DNA of 64,000 bases from Adineta vaga (lineage: Eukaryota; Animalia; Rotifera), in NCBI GenBank assembly GCA_021613535.1, contig CP075495.1:5642001-5706000 (forward strand), written 5' to 3'. Every line of letters starts with the position of its first letter. Position 1 is the first letter of the stretch. A program made the position numbers and the translations under genes. The notes under the pieces were generated by a model that worked only from the letters and a program-made list of their open reading frames with translations, was not told the DNA's origin and made no database searches. This document shows, piece by piece, positions 39,829-52,000 of the stretch.

Positions 39829-42800
39829 TTAATCCTCGTCTTCACTTGAAGATGCCAATTGACGACGTGCTTTCTTTATTGGACGTGATGAAATTATTCC
39901 TTCGTCATCATCATCATCATCATTATCAATATCATTGAACATTGTAGAAGAATCATATTTACGACTTTGTTTCTTCAAAATTGGTAAAGACTCTTCTTCT
40001 TCTTCTTCTTCTTCTTCTTCTTCTTCTTCTTTTTCTTCTACTACAATTTGTGGTTTGACAACTTTAGCAATACTTTTATCTGATTTCGTATTTGAATCAT
40101 TTGATTTATCATCATGATGTTCGGATAAACTTGATTTACTACTAATCGAACGATTATCATCTTCATCGTCAGCACCAGTATCCGGAACATCCGAATCAGA
40201 CCCTAGAAGTTTTGAATTATCGAATAAATCTTTTTTCTTTGATTGCCGATTGGATGCTTTTTTTCTTTAAGAAGAAAATTAAGAAAATCAAATCTACTTA
40301 AAAACAAACTATTTCACTTACAATTTCAATTCTCTTGTTGTTTTAATCAAATCTTGATTTTTTAATTCTTTAATGATTTGTCGTCTTGTCTTTGTTTTAT
40401 CAGTTAATTCTGACATAATTCGATCAATAACATCCGTTTTATCACGACCTAAACAACATATATAAACCATGTTGCAATAATAAATAATCCTGACGTATAT
40501 GTTTTATACAAACCAAGATTTTCCACTTGTTCTTCTTTAATTTTTCGAAAAAGATCACGTAATTCAATTTGATGTTCAACTGACCATGCTGCTGCTGTTG
40601 ATTTTGTTTTACTATATCAAAAACATACTCAACTATAACAAACATTCCATCAAAACTATTCTTTTACTTTTCGCCTTCTTGATCACGAGACGTCTGTCGA
40701 TATCCTTCCACAATCTCATCTGCAATGCTTCGATCTTTCCAGAAAAGTAATTCAGCATAAATATATGGATTTTTTTCTATAGCATGAAAAAATTTTCGCA
40801 ATAACCATGTACCAAATTGTGATAATTCCTAAAATGAAAGATTCGTTTTAGTTTTAAAGAAAATTGAATTGATTTGACAAAAGAAATTACAGAAAATTGT
40901 TTTGATTTCGACATTGGATCAAGATGAAATTTTTGTAAAATACGAAATAATGACATTTGAAAAAATATACCAGGATAATTCGAATCAATTGCTATGCGAT
41001 AACACATACGAATTACACAATGATTTAAATATGGAGTATTGCTTTGATATGTACGAAAAACATCAATATACGATGAAAGAATAGTCGAATGTGCAAAGCT
41101 AAATCATAATACAAGAATGCATATAGTTCAAAGTAATCATCGAAATTAGAGTTTGGTAAATGATATGTCCAAGAGTCCATCTATAGACATGGTTTCTTCT
41201 CTGAGAAAGTATTCTATTAAAGTAAACAGATAAGAAATTGACAGAAAATACGAAGGAAAACTATTCATGATGGATCATATCAGAAGTTATTTTGTTTATA
41301 ATATGAAAGTAATGTTTATCAAACGATATTTTTCGACATCTATGTTTGATTATGTCAATCATATCATTATTATTCTATCCGCCTTTTTTTCACTTACCGC
41401 ATGATAAATTTCTTAAAATCAAATTCTTCTTCACGTTCAACGGTACGTACTGAATCTTCTTCATCATCTAAAAACATATTTTTTATTACGAAAAAAGTTT
41501 CTCCAACTGTTTACTTACCTTCTTCATGTTCTCCTTCTTCGCCTTCGTTTTCATGTTCACCCTCATCATTTTCATCATCGTCATCACGAGTTTTTGGCAA
41601 TAGATCTAGATAAAGTTTTTATAAGAATATGAAATCATTTGAGAAATGTATTGTCCTACTATCCATTTTGGAAGTCATAAAAATTTCACGAAGTAAATTA
41701 AATTCTTCTTCAGCACCAATATCTTCGTAACCAAAGGCTTTTTCTGTTGGCCAAACTTCTCTAAAATACAGAAAAAGAAATAACTGATACCTATTTCAAT
41801 CAATCGGATCTACCGTGATGCACGAAAAAGCGCAATTGCTTCATCTAATTTATTTATTCGTAATGAATGTTGAATTCGAGCGACAGCAGTAATACTAAAA
41901 TAGTAAATACTTATTAAACGATAACATTACTTTTTTTCCAAAACCTTTGATCATCAACCGGTACATCAGAAAGAGCATCAAATGGACATACATCCGATTT
42001 ATTCACAGTTGACTCATCTAAGCCTTGTAATAGACGTGATAGTTGTTCAGCTATTTTATTTTGCCATTCTTCTTCCAATTGTTCATTTGGTGGCTCATTA
42101 ACTTCTAGAATAAGAATGTTAAGAAATATTATTCCAAAGGTTCTCTTAGTATTATCAACGAGACTATGTCTGATTGATATTGTAGATCATTTACCTTCGT
42201 TTTCAACTTTCTTTTTCTTTGTATTCTTCTTTTTTGTTGATTTACGAGCTGTTCGATGACGTTGAACAAAAACATGTTTTAATTTTGTTGTATGTTCTTC
42301 CAATAATTTAAGAAACTCATGAGTACTTTCAACCAAATCATGCAGATATGCACTATCAGTCGAATTAAATCAAACCTGAGAACGTACGCAATATTTATCT
42401 ACATACCTGCTCATTTTTGTATTATCATAATCTCGAAGTAGAAGATAGATCTGCTCACGATATTCTTGCATATAGAATATATTATCTAACAAAGAAAAAT
42501 TGATAGATATATGTTTCGGTAGTGAAAAATCTTTGAATTACTTTTAATGATTGTTGCAGCACGCATAACTAATTCATCAGTACTTGTTAACATTGATTTT
42601 ACACAAAGAATATATTGCTTAAAGGCAGAAAATCCAATTTGAAGTCTAAAATAAAATAAAACAACAGCAACCTTCTTATATATTTTTGAAGAAATAATTT
42701 TACCGTTTAGCCCATAATTTTGCCTCAGGCTTATCGATCTTAATCATTTCTCGATAGTGATCAATCTTCGTATGCAACATATGAAATGTATTCATTTGTA

Positions 42801-44599
42801 ATGTTTCACTAAAAGACAAGGAAAGAAAAACTTTTAGCATTTTATTTAGTTAAAATTAACTGAACCTTATTCGATCGATTGTTGGATGTACATGTCGATT
42901 AAATTCTGTAAAAAATCGAATTGCCCAAAAGAAATTTGTTTCATCACTAAGTAAACATGTTGATTTATTAATCATTTCCTGAAAAAAAAACAAGATATTC
43001 AAAGTTATCCTTCATTATCATTGAGATATAAAAGAAAAATAGATAAATACCCTTGCACGAGGCATAAGTATATTATAGCAATTATCTAAGAATGCTAAAC
43101 AAAATTCTCGAAGAAATAATCGAATGCCCAATGCGGAATGATGAGATGTTGCGAATCATCCAGATCATTTTTCACAGGTGCACGATTTTTTGGTCGACGA
43201 AAGCGACGTTTTTCTCGATCAAATTCCATAGCATTTAAATTTTGTAGGGGTCGATGACAGAGCAATTGATTTTCTCCAATACCTTTAGCATTACACATGA
43301 CGTATGTTGCACCACCGAATGTGGATCGGCTATTATGACAATGCAAGAAATGAATATATTTGTTTTGAACAATGGGTTACTTACTTAGCAGTTAGTTTTT
43401 GTAATTGTTGTTTTTCAGCAACTTCACGTTCATAGAGAAGATCGAGTGCTCTAAAATAATCGATGAGTACTTAGAAATCTTCTCAGATGCTAACTGAACC
43501 TTACTCATTATTTTTTTCACGTTTATTTTTCGCTTGTTGTTCACCTGTACACGCCAATTCTTCGGCAGACTATATTGAAATATTGGAATTTTCAAAGTAT
43601 CGTAAATTAATTCTATACATACTTGTTCTCGTAACATTAGAACAACAATTTCAAGAACATTCATAATACGTTCATCTCCTTGAGCATTATTACCACAAAA
43701 TATGATTAAATTCTCCATATTACTCTTATGAATTGACCTTTGTAAATACAAATTATAAATTGAATGATCATTTGAATAGAATCTTCGTCTTACTTACCAA
43801 AGGACAAGATCATGTGCATTAATATCACTTTCTTCAGATATTTGTCGTTCAGATTTAATCGATAGAATATTTCGTACAAGTGTAAAAATGGCATGTACAA
43901 TAAAATCATCCTCATCCGAACGTTCAAGCCAATCCTGAATAAACAAAATTCAAATATCTTAATGCTATGTATTACAAAGTTTCGATGAACAAACTCTATC
44001 AAGTACTGGTTGGACTTTATTCACCAAAAAATCAAACAATTTTTCATTGGCTAAATTCTTTGAAAAGGTGGAACAATAATTAAAATGAAACGAAAGAAAT
44101 TTTCTATACAAACAGTTTTCGTTTTTTGTAAATCAGATTCAATATTTAAATAAACATTTGTTAATGTTACATCTTTGGGTATTTTTCCATCAAAACATAC
44201 TAATGGTGGTTTTGTTAAATTAACAAGTAGTCTAAATCAATATTAGTTTAGAAAAAAGAAAAGATTCATCGTCTTCACTAATTAAAATTACTTGAGAGCA
44301 TGATGAACAATTTTAATATCATGTTTACCATTTAAATGTATCAAAATAGGTATAAGATCATTTTCGATAATTTTAGAATCTAACATTTGTAATCGAGCAT
44401 CCTTACGTTCATTTTCATATTTAAGACAACGAAGAAGAATACGTAATGCATCTAAATATAGGATAAATGAAAGAATAAAAGTATTTTATGAAATAAAAAT
44501 CTTTTACAAACCTTCGCAATCATCATCTTTTAAATAAGTTTTACCATCGAAATAACCAAGTGCACCACAAGCTGTCTGAATTTGATTGAAAGACGACAT
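39829..44599 (-). CDS. TIMELESS: Timeless/Timeout (Tof1 family) replication fork protection protein
   Basis: IQTACGALGYFDGKTYLKDDDC, IIENDLIPIL, LLVNLTKPPLVCF, ERILILVRNILSI, HVLEIVVLMLREQ, RHSTFGG-like exon, NIFYMQEYRE, LHRIAID..YPGIFFQMSLF, ELLFWK. Confidence 0.93.
39992..40030. repeat. (TCT)n microsatellite encoding a poly-Glu tract in TIMELESS
   Basis: About 13 tandem TCT units in the last TIMELESS exon. Confidence 0.85.
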
Positions 44600-44951
44600 G
44601 TCTTTCGACAGATATAGACTATACTACTACAAAAAGAAGTAGAAGAAGAATTTCTGACTCTGATTTTGAAATGAATAAAGAACGATTTTAAAGATTATCA
44701 TCGATTGGTACTATTTCAATGTCGCCAACTAAATCGTGAAGATGTCACTATGAACAATTGAACATTATAATGAAAAATAATAATCATCAAATTTTTCGAT
44801 GATGAATGAATGCTTCGAGTAAAATTTTATTATGAATATCTAAACAAGCCTATTAGTTATCTTTTAGTATTTATTTTACAGTTCAAATATTCGTATTTAT
44901 GTACTACTAAGACAATACATTCTCTCACACACAAAACAGATTTAGAATAAA

Positions 44952-45128
44952 GCAAGGGGGGAAAGTGCAGGCACCCAGCACCCAAAAATAGCGGGTGGGT
45001 GCCGAGGTGCTGATGGCGACACCCGGTCTGCACTTAACCCCTTGCGGTATCCTCGCCCATTGAAGAGTCGGTTGTTTACGTACGACTACATCATTAAAAT
45101 GGGATGTAATTCAAGGATGAACTCTTCA
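44952..45128. other. GC-rich fold-back element (MITE-like insert or structured ncRNA)
   Basis: GCAAGGGG..AAGTGCAG (44952-) pairs with CTGCACTT..CCCCTTGC (-45045); a second domain is closed by TGAAGAGT (45061-68)/ACTCTTCA (45121-28); strong GC contrast with the flanks. Confidence 0.6.
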
Positions 45129-45244
45129 TTCATAAGTATGATTCTCGACTGAAATATATTCGATCGTTTCATTCTTGATTCATCTTGAAGGTAAAATATA
45201 GAAGTACATATTTACAAGATAACGTTTATAGATATTCAGAATTT

Positions 45245-45790
45245 AATTGAATCGATGACATACATTTTGCATAGAGCAAATGCGAGTAAAATCAACAATA
45301 AGATCAAAGATTCGGTATACGAATTCTACTAGTAATGTACGAAATGTTGACATAGTTTTTGTAGAGATACGTTATGTATTGTTGATCGAATGTAATGCTA
45401 CTTCTTATCACTCATAAATTCACGAAATTTAAACGCAAATTCATATAGCGTATAACTCTATGTAAATAGCTGCATTTTATTATGAATTACTGTAAAAACG
45501 ATCATTTATATATAGAAATTACCTTATGTCTTAAAATAAATTTTCCACCAATTTTCACCAAATCATATCTAGATTTATCTATCATAAAACTCATTCATCA
45601 AAACATCGCGATCTAAGTTTGTCATATAATAATGTTGATATCATACAAAAACTTGTGCCTTTATGAATCTGCTACTCTAGGATAAAATTTAGTACCTTTG
45701 AATCATCCTACTTTAATAAAATATAATACTGGAAAAATAGACTGTTTAATCAAATATTTCGAAAGTAGATGCAAAAATAGCAGGTTTCTG
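45245..45790 (-). pseudogene. Possible heavily decayed telomerase reverse transcriptase (TERT)-like relic
   Basis: Ordered short fragments interrupted by stops and frameshifts: FLHLLSKYLI, VLYFIK|GT, DLVKIGGKFILRHK|GT, RVIRYM, TFRTLLVEFVYRIFDLI. Confidence 0.35.
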
Positions 45791-45793
45791 TAT

Positions 45794-47694
45794 TTAATCA
45801 AAATCAGCCAACATATTTGGATAATGATTGATTTGTAAGATTTTCTTTTTGGAGTTTGATTGAATACTGTTCTTATCGGATGATATACTAAGAGTAAAAG
45901 ATGATTGATGGTTATTTTCACTTATTGAGGCAGATTCTTGTTGTTCATCATGATGTATCGATGACGTATCTTCATTTTTTGGAAGTAATTGAAATGAAGA
46001 ATTTTCAGTTTGAGTTGTAGGTAATATTTGTTCTCTAGTGAGAAGATCTGTTAGATTTGATTGTTCTGTAGTTATAGAATTTAAATTGTTATCTTTCAGA
46101 AGATTTGGAGAAGCATTAAGTGATATATGTTTATTTTTAGGAATGGACATATGAGATAATGATGATATATCAAAATTTGTTGAGTTATGACGATTATGTC
46201 GATGAGTTTTCTTATGTTTGTGTTTATGATGAATTGTTAGAATACAATCACTAGATGATGATGATAATGATCGGTCACTGTTCTTACTCTATAACAAAAA
46301 TAGCATTCGATTGAAACTAGTGCATTCAGACAACGTTTACAGATTTGCTATCATGTTGATGAACATCACTTAATGTTTGATGCTCTTGTAGAGATGAATG
46401 TTTTGATTTGTTATTAAATGGAACAAATTCGTTATTCGTGTCTTTTTCTGAATCAAAAACTTGATTAGACCTATTAACATTGCCAAATATAATCTTTTCA
46501 AACAAACAATTTCTCGTGCAACTTGCTTTGTTTTCGATTGATACTTAGCACCAATAGGTGTATATGTTTCTTTTGTATTTGTATTCATTGGTGTCATAGT
46601 ATTTATTGCTGGAGGAGTTTGATTTGTCGATGATAAATTTAAATCCATTACTGAAGTATTTATATCATCAAAAACAGCACTTTCAGAAGATTGCTTCTTA
46701 TGTATAGGTGTAGAATCAAAAATTTTTTTTGTTTCACCGGTTAAGATACGATCTGAAGTCTTTTTTGGTGTAGAAGATTTTTTCGATTTTAATATCACTT
46801 TATTTTCATCATTTGTAGTCGTTGGTGATAATACTGATGAAGAAGACTATAATTATGAGAATTTCTAATAAGAAATTACATGAATTCTAAAGACGTACTT
46901 GAATTGAATTGGCAAATGCATACCAATCTGTCACTTGTCCCGCATTATTACCATATAACTGAAGAATTTCAGTCACCAAAATTCGAACTAATCGATCAGA
47001 ATCAATATCAGTCTTAATTACAGACCATTTTTAACTAGTCGAAATGTAAGAAAAATAACGTACTACATTTCGAAGAACTTGTTCAATTTGTTCTGGTAAA
47101 CAACATGATAATCGATGCAACTAAACATCATCATGTATCAATGAAAGAGTTCATACAGAAGTTAAAATAATTATTACCGATTCAAATGATATATGATTAA
47201 CAACTTGACGAAGAACGTTTGTAACAACATAATCAATATATTTTCGTTTATTATCAAACATTTTTGATAATGTCTAAAGAAGGATTTCTCTTTCCTATTA
47301 GTACACATGTTTTTATTAATTTATTAGAAATTTACCTACAAATTGATGTGAATTGAAACATTGCTTCATATCATAGGAATCTCTGTTTAAACTATCCGGA
47401 GAGTTCATCGATATAGAACCATTACCGCATATTTCAACACAATAGTCTTGACCAACACTACTTTGACGTTGATAAAAACTAGCATACATACAAATTCAAA
47501 ATTTAATCAAAATTGATGAATAGACTTACGTTTTTTCAATACATGATGGAATTCTCATCGCATGATTTTGCTCATTTTTTATTCTTGAACTAAGTCGTTG
47601 TATCACATCAGCACATTTATCTATTTCAACAACAGAAAGTTTCCATAAATTTCAATGAAAAGAATTCATTACCAAGATTATTATTACAATTCAT
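45794..47694 (-). CDS. Uncharacterised protein: helical N-terminal domain plus long S/T-P-rich low-complexity tail
   Basis: Splices through about 8 exons from MNCNNNL to ...HYPNMLADFD*; no family recognised. Confidence 0.6.
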
Positions 47695-47894
47695 TAAATC
47701 AATCAACTATGTAAAAATGAGTTAAGAAAAAAAACTATCTATGCGCCAAGCAATCATGAAAATAAATTTCAATAAAACTATTTTTTTTATTTTACATATG
47801 AGTTATAATATATGAATAGAAATAAATTAATAAAATATACAATTTTGTAAACAAAGATAAATAAAATCTATTTCTATACAAAGAAAGTCGATGT

Positions 47895-48573
47895 TCATTT
47901 TGTGATCATCTTCTTTGCCATTGATCGTGTAATTCGTCCATATGAATAACGAAACTAAAATAGGAAGAAATAATGTAACTGATCGGAAAGAAAAGTAGTT
48001 TTTTTTTAATGTTTTACTTCTTCTAATTCTTCATAATGAATTTGTTGAGCTAATAACCAATCATCAGTTACATGACCATCTTCGCCGACTAAAAATAAAG
48101 GATAAGATTCACTTTCAATATATGATTTTCTATGTACTTGTTGCTTTTGTTTTCATTGTTTGACAACGACGTTTCAATGGTTGTGATTTAATAATAGATT
48201 TCTTTGTAGGTCGTCCTCGTCGTTTTTTTTTAATGACAACATCCATTGCTAATATTGGTTCCATTTCTCGTTGAATAATTAATTTCGAATAATCAGGATT
48301 ATGACGAAGCCATGTTGATATTCGACAACGACAAAATGGACATGTCAATGCTGAATGAGCACAGATCATATGTAGACATGATAAACATAACTAATCAAAA
48401 GATAAAAATAGAAAATCTTCTTGTCGAAAAATCTTTGCTTTTACATTATGACCACATGGTAATTGCAAAAGTTCACTTGTATTGATTGTCATACATATTG
48501 AACAGTCGTATGTGAGTAAGGGTTTTGCTTCCCATTTCGTCTTTCGTTGATTACGAATTGATGATTGCGACAT
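47895..48573 (-). CDS. Small RNF168/RNF169-like RING E3 ligase
   Basis: CSIC...LPCGHNLCLSC...LTCPFCRCRISTWLR (RNF168-type RING), KRRGRP, DDWLLAQQIHYEE (MIU-like), terminal GRITRS; 3 introns. Confidence 0.65.
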
Positions 48574-49095
48574 GATTTTGATGAAACAAAATAAGAATTA
48601 ACCGTTTCTATCAGAAAGATGTGAATGAATAGGCACATGTATTGATCGTTATATTTCCTCGATAAGAAAAAGAATGTCTATAATTTAAATTTTCTAACGG
48701 TTTAATTATCGAGGATTACAAAATAAAACGAATTTTATTCGAATGAGAAAAGGAAAACGATGTTTCTTTTCCGTCGGCTCAGATATGATATATAATCTTT
48801 TCGACATCACAAATGATCAGTCGGGGAAAGAAGTGGTCTCATCATTGCCTTTAAGTGTTAAGCGTAAAGATATCCTCATGCACATACTACTTCTTTTATA
48901 TTGTAGACAAAGGCGAAACAAGACGGTGATTGTGTTGTATATGACTTTTTTTTCGTTCTTCATTCTCTTTCTTTCTTATTCAATGAAAAAAAATATTGAA
49001 TATGCTTGATAATATCTGACCATCAAAGTTTTAATAGAAGAAAAAATATTCATTACATAGACATTTAAGAACAAACATAATCATGAAGAAAATAT

Positions 49096-52000
49096 TCAGA
49101 GAAGATCTTGAATTTTCACTCTACAACGTACAGCATCAGAAAAACCTTCATTATACGCAAAGGAAATCAGTGCTTTTCGTTCAGTAGATTTATTAATTGA
49201 ATCGCCTTGATCGGACGATTCAGATGTTGTTCGTGGTTTTTTTGGACCAAGTTTGAATTTTGCAAAAAAATCTCGTGGAACCTAGAAACAATTTCAATAT
49301 CACAATGGATCAAACATAAAAATACTTACATTCGTTGTATTTGAAACAATTGTCTTTGGTTGTAATTTAATCACAGCTGCAGGAGGTTTTCTATTAATAC
49401 GATAAACATTTAATTTTTCTTTTCAATATGAAGAAAACGTACGGTTTAGGAATCGAATCATTTTGACGATTGATTGAAATGGGCATTTCTTGTTTATCGG
49501 ATTTCAGACGAATATTACGTTTAACACGTTCTTTTAATAATTCTTTAAAGATCATTTGACGAGTGCCAAACGAGAGACCACGTTTATCCGACATGCCCGG
49601 AAAGTAAGTCACAGTATCAATAGGTCTATGGTCAACAACAACAACAAAAAATAAGAATATATAAATAGAGACTTTGTAAATTCTACTTACGGTTCAAGTA
49701 CCAATGTATTTTCACCAATGGCAGTTCGTTGTTGAATATATGATAAATTAAATGTAATCATTACATCGATTAACGTTTTTATATCACGCATTTCTTTGTT
49801 TGTAAATAATGCAATATTCGTCTAAATATTAAAACAAAATGACAAAATATAAAGATATTCAAGACATTATTTACTTGTCGAAGACGAGGCTGAAGAATTT
49901 CTAACAAAAATGGAAGAATATCGAGTATAATAATATCTTTATTAAGATATTGACGAAGATAAGGTACAATATCATTTAACATTGTTTCGATTGTTGTTAT
50001 ATTTGTACGTAATTTATTCTGCATCTAAATAAGACAAAAAGGAAGATTAGTAAAGTTAAAAGACAAACATAAATGTCTTTTTCAGAGATACTTCAAGTTG
50101 TTTCTGAGGATATTTCATTTGAATTGGTCGATGTGATACAAATAGAAGATGAAATACAACAGCTGGATAAGGTGCATATCGCCAAAAGGAATAGTTTTGT
50201 TGTGAATACATTTCTTTATTAAGTACATCATAGAATAATAACCAATTATTAGCATAATCAATCTAAAGGGCAATATGAAATAGAATTCAATGCCGATAAA
50301 ATTTGTCTTTTACCGATGTTAATTTAGGATCATGAAAATGAAGAGTTAAATAATGTTCGAATAGTCCATCATAAATACGATCATATGCACCTATACTCGA
50401 GACTAAATCAACCAAATGTAAACGTCTTAAAAAGAAGAATGTCACACATCAACTTTCACTATTTCAGATCATTATTCAAAAACAAATACGATACCTTTCT
50501 AATGATACTTTGCCTGATCGTTTTAATGGATCATCTAATTGTAGAGTTAGTTGTATTCTAATGAAAATAAAATGTTCTTTGTTACATTATAGTCTAGTAG
50601 AATAAAACAAACTTTTTTGATGAGGGTACTTGTAAAATTTCTGTCCAAATTTCAAATAAACTTTTTTGAGCATCTTTTACACCAAGTACTGTTGAACTTT
50701 CAACCATTTTTTTCGTTATTGTTCGATTTTGTTGAGCAACAACAAACTATGTAAATTAGACATAAATGGAATTGATTACAATAACTTTGTACATACTTGC
50801 ATAAAATGAAGACATGATCGAATATCACATGTTGCTTTTGCACATAAACTACTCAATGTTATTAAATCACTTTGAATATTTAATTGTTCAGATATCTAAA
50901 AAATATCAATGAAAGAAAACAAACAATTTTCTTCATCATAAAATCTACGATTCTTACTGTTAGTAAACGTTTTGCTAGAACAGTTTGTTCGATACGTGGA
51001 AAATTTAATATAAGAGCTATTTGACGAAGTGGTTTCAAAGCAGGTACATATCTACACACACACATATATATATATAATAGAAATCGATAGATATTCGTAG
51101 AATTATGTATTGATTGACATACAAATCATTACAAATGCAAATAACTGGTCGAAGAAGAACAAAGGAACTATTCTTCTTTGTTTTACCACTAGCTTGCTGT
51201 TGATCAACTGGCATACGGCTTATTAAATCGACTAATAACTGTACCGATGGCTATACAAACAAACAAAATAGATCAATTTTCTTAAACTAACGTTAGAAAA
51301 CGAATGAAATTTACTGCAGGTGCACCATCAATTTCATCAATTAATAGACAATTTGGTTTATAATCTTTGCTCAATACTTCTTGCATTTGAGTTGCTGTTT
51401 CAAGTCGAGTACGAAATAATTCAATACTTCGATCATCACTACATGAAAAGAAAAGCATGATGAAAATAGTCCTAAATCAACCACAAACCTTGCGTTCATT
51501 TCAATCACATTATATCCTGCATGTCTTGCTACAACATGTGCTAAAGTAGTTTTCTAAGATGGATGAATATAACGTTTTTGTTTCATTGATATTAGCAATT
51601 TTGATAACACTTACTCCAGCACCTGGTGAACCACAAAGTAATGCAATTTTTTGTAATGGTCGTTTATAAGCATCTAATTCAAACTGAATATCTGATTGAA
51701 TAGGTTTTTTATTTATATTTATCTTGAAATTATTTTTATCTTTATTGGCTTCATTTGAAGCTATTTGTTGATGACGTGTTTGAAGTGTTCGAAAATGAGT
51801 AAGATCTTTTTTATAAACCACTAAATAGAAAGACTATAGTTGATATATGAGTAATATTCGAACAATTTTACAATATTGCCAAAGATTTAGCCATTCTAAT
51901 AATGTTCGATTGATACCCTAGAAAATGGATAAGAAAAGTTCTTATTAAATAAGAAAAAGAAGTTCATTTCAAACGAACAATATCACTAAGTAAATCACAA

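Noticed and set aside
41101-41397. Possible extra exon in the ~300-nt TIMELESS intron
   Set aside because: An acceptor-like site exists, but the frame ends in a stop with no good donor and no other support.
45030-45045. CTTAACCCCTT as a telomerase RNA template or a piggyBac end (TTAA-CCC)
   Set aside because: It lies in a strong stem and does not match TTAGGG or the TGTGGG/TGAGGG repeats I recall for bdelloids; the partner end lacks GGG-TTAA.
45009-45070. Hammerhead ribozyme core (CTGATGG / TTGAAGA)
   Set aside because: No exact CUGANGA with a downstream GAAA and cleavage triplet in the right topology.
44945-45139. U1 snRNA-like reading of the GC-rich element on the minus strand (starts ATACTTA, contains GGGCGAGG and ATTTTTGG)
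   Set aside because: Lacks the ACCTG splice-site-pairing sequence, the U1-70K loop and the AUUGCAC U1A loop, and the Sm-like site is buried in a stem.
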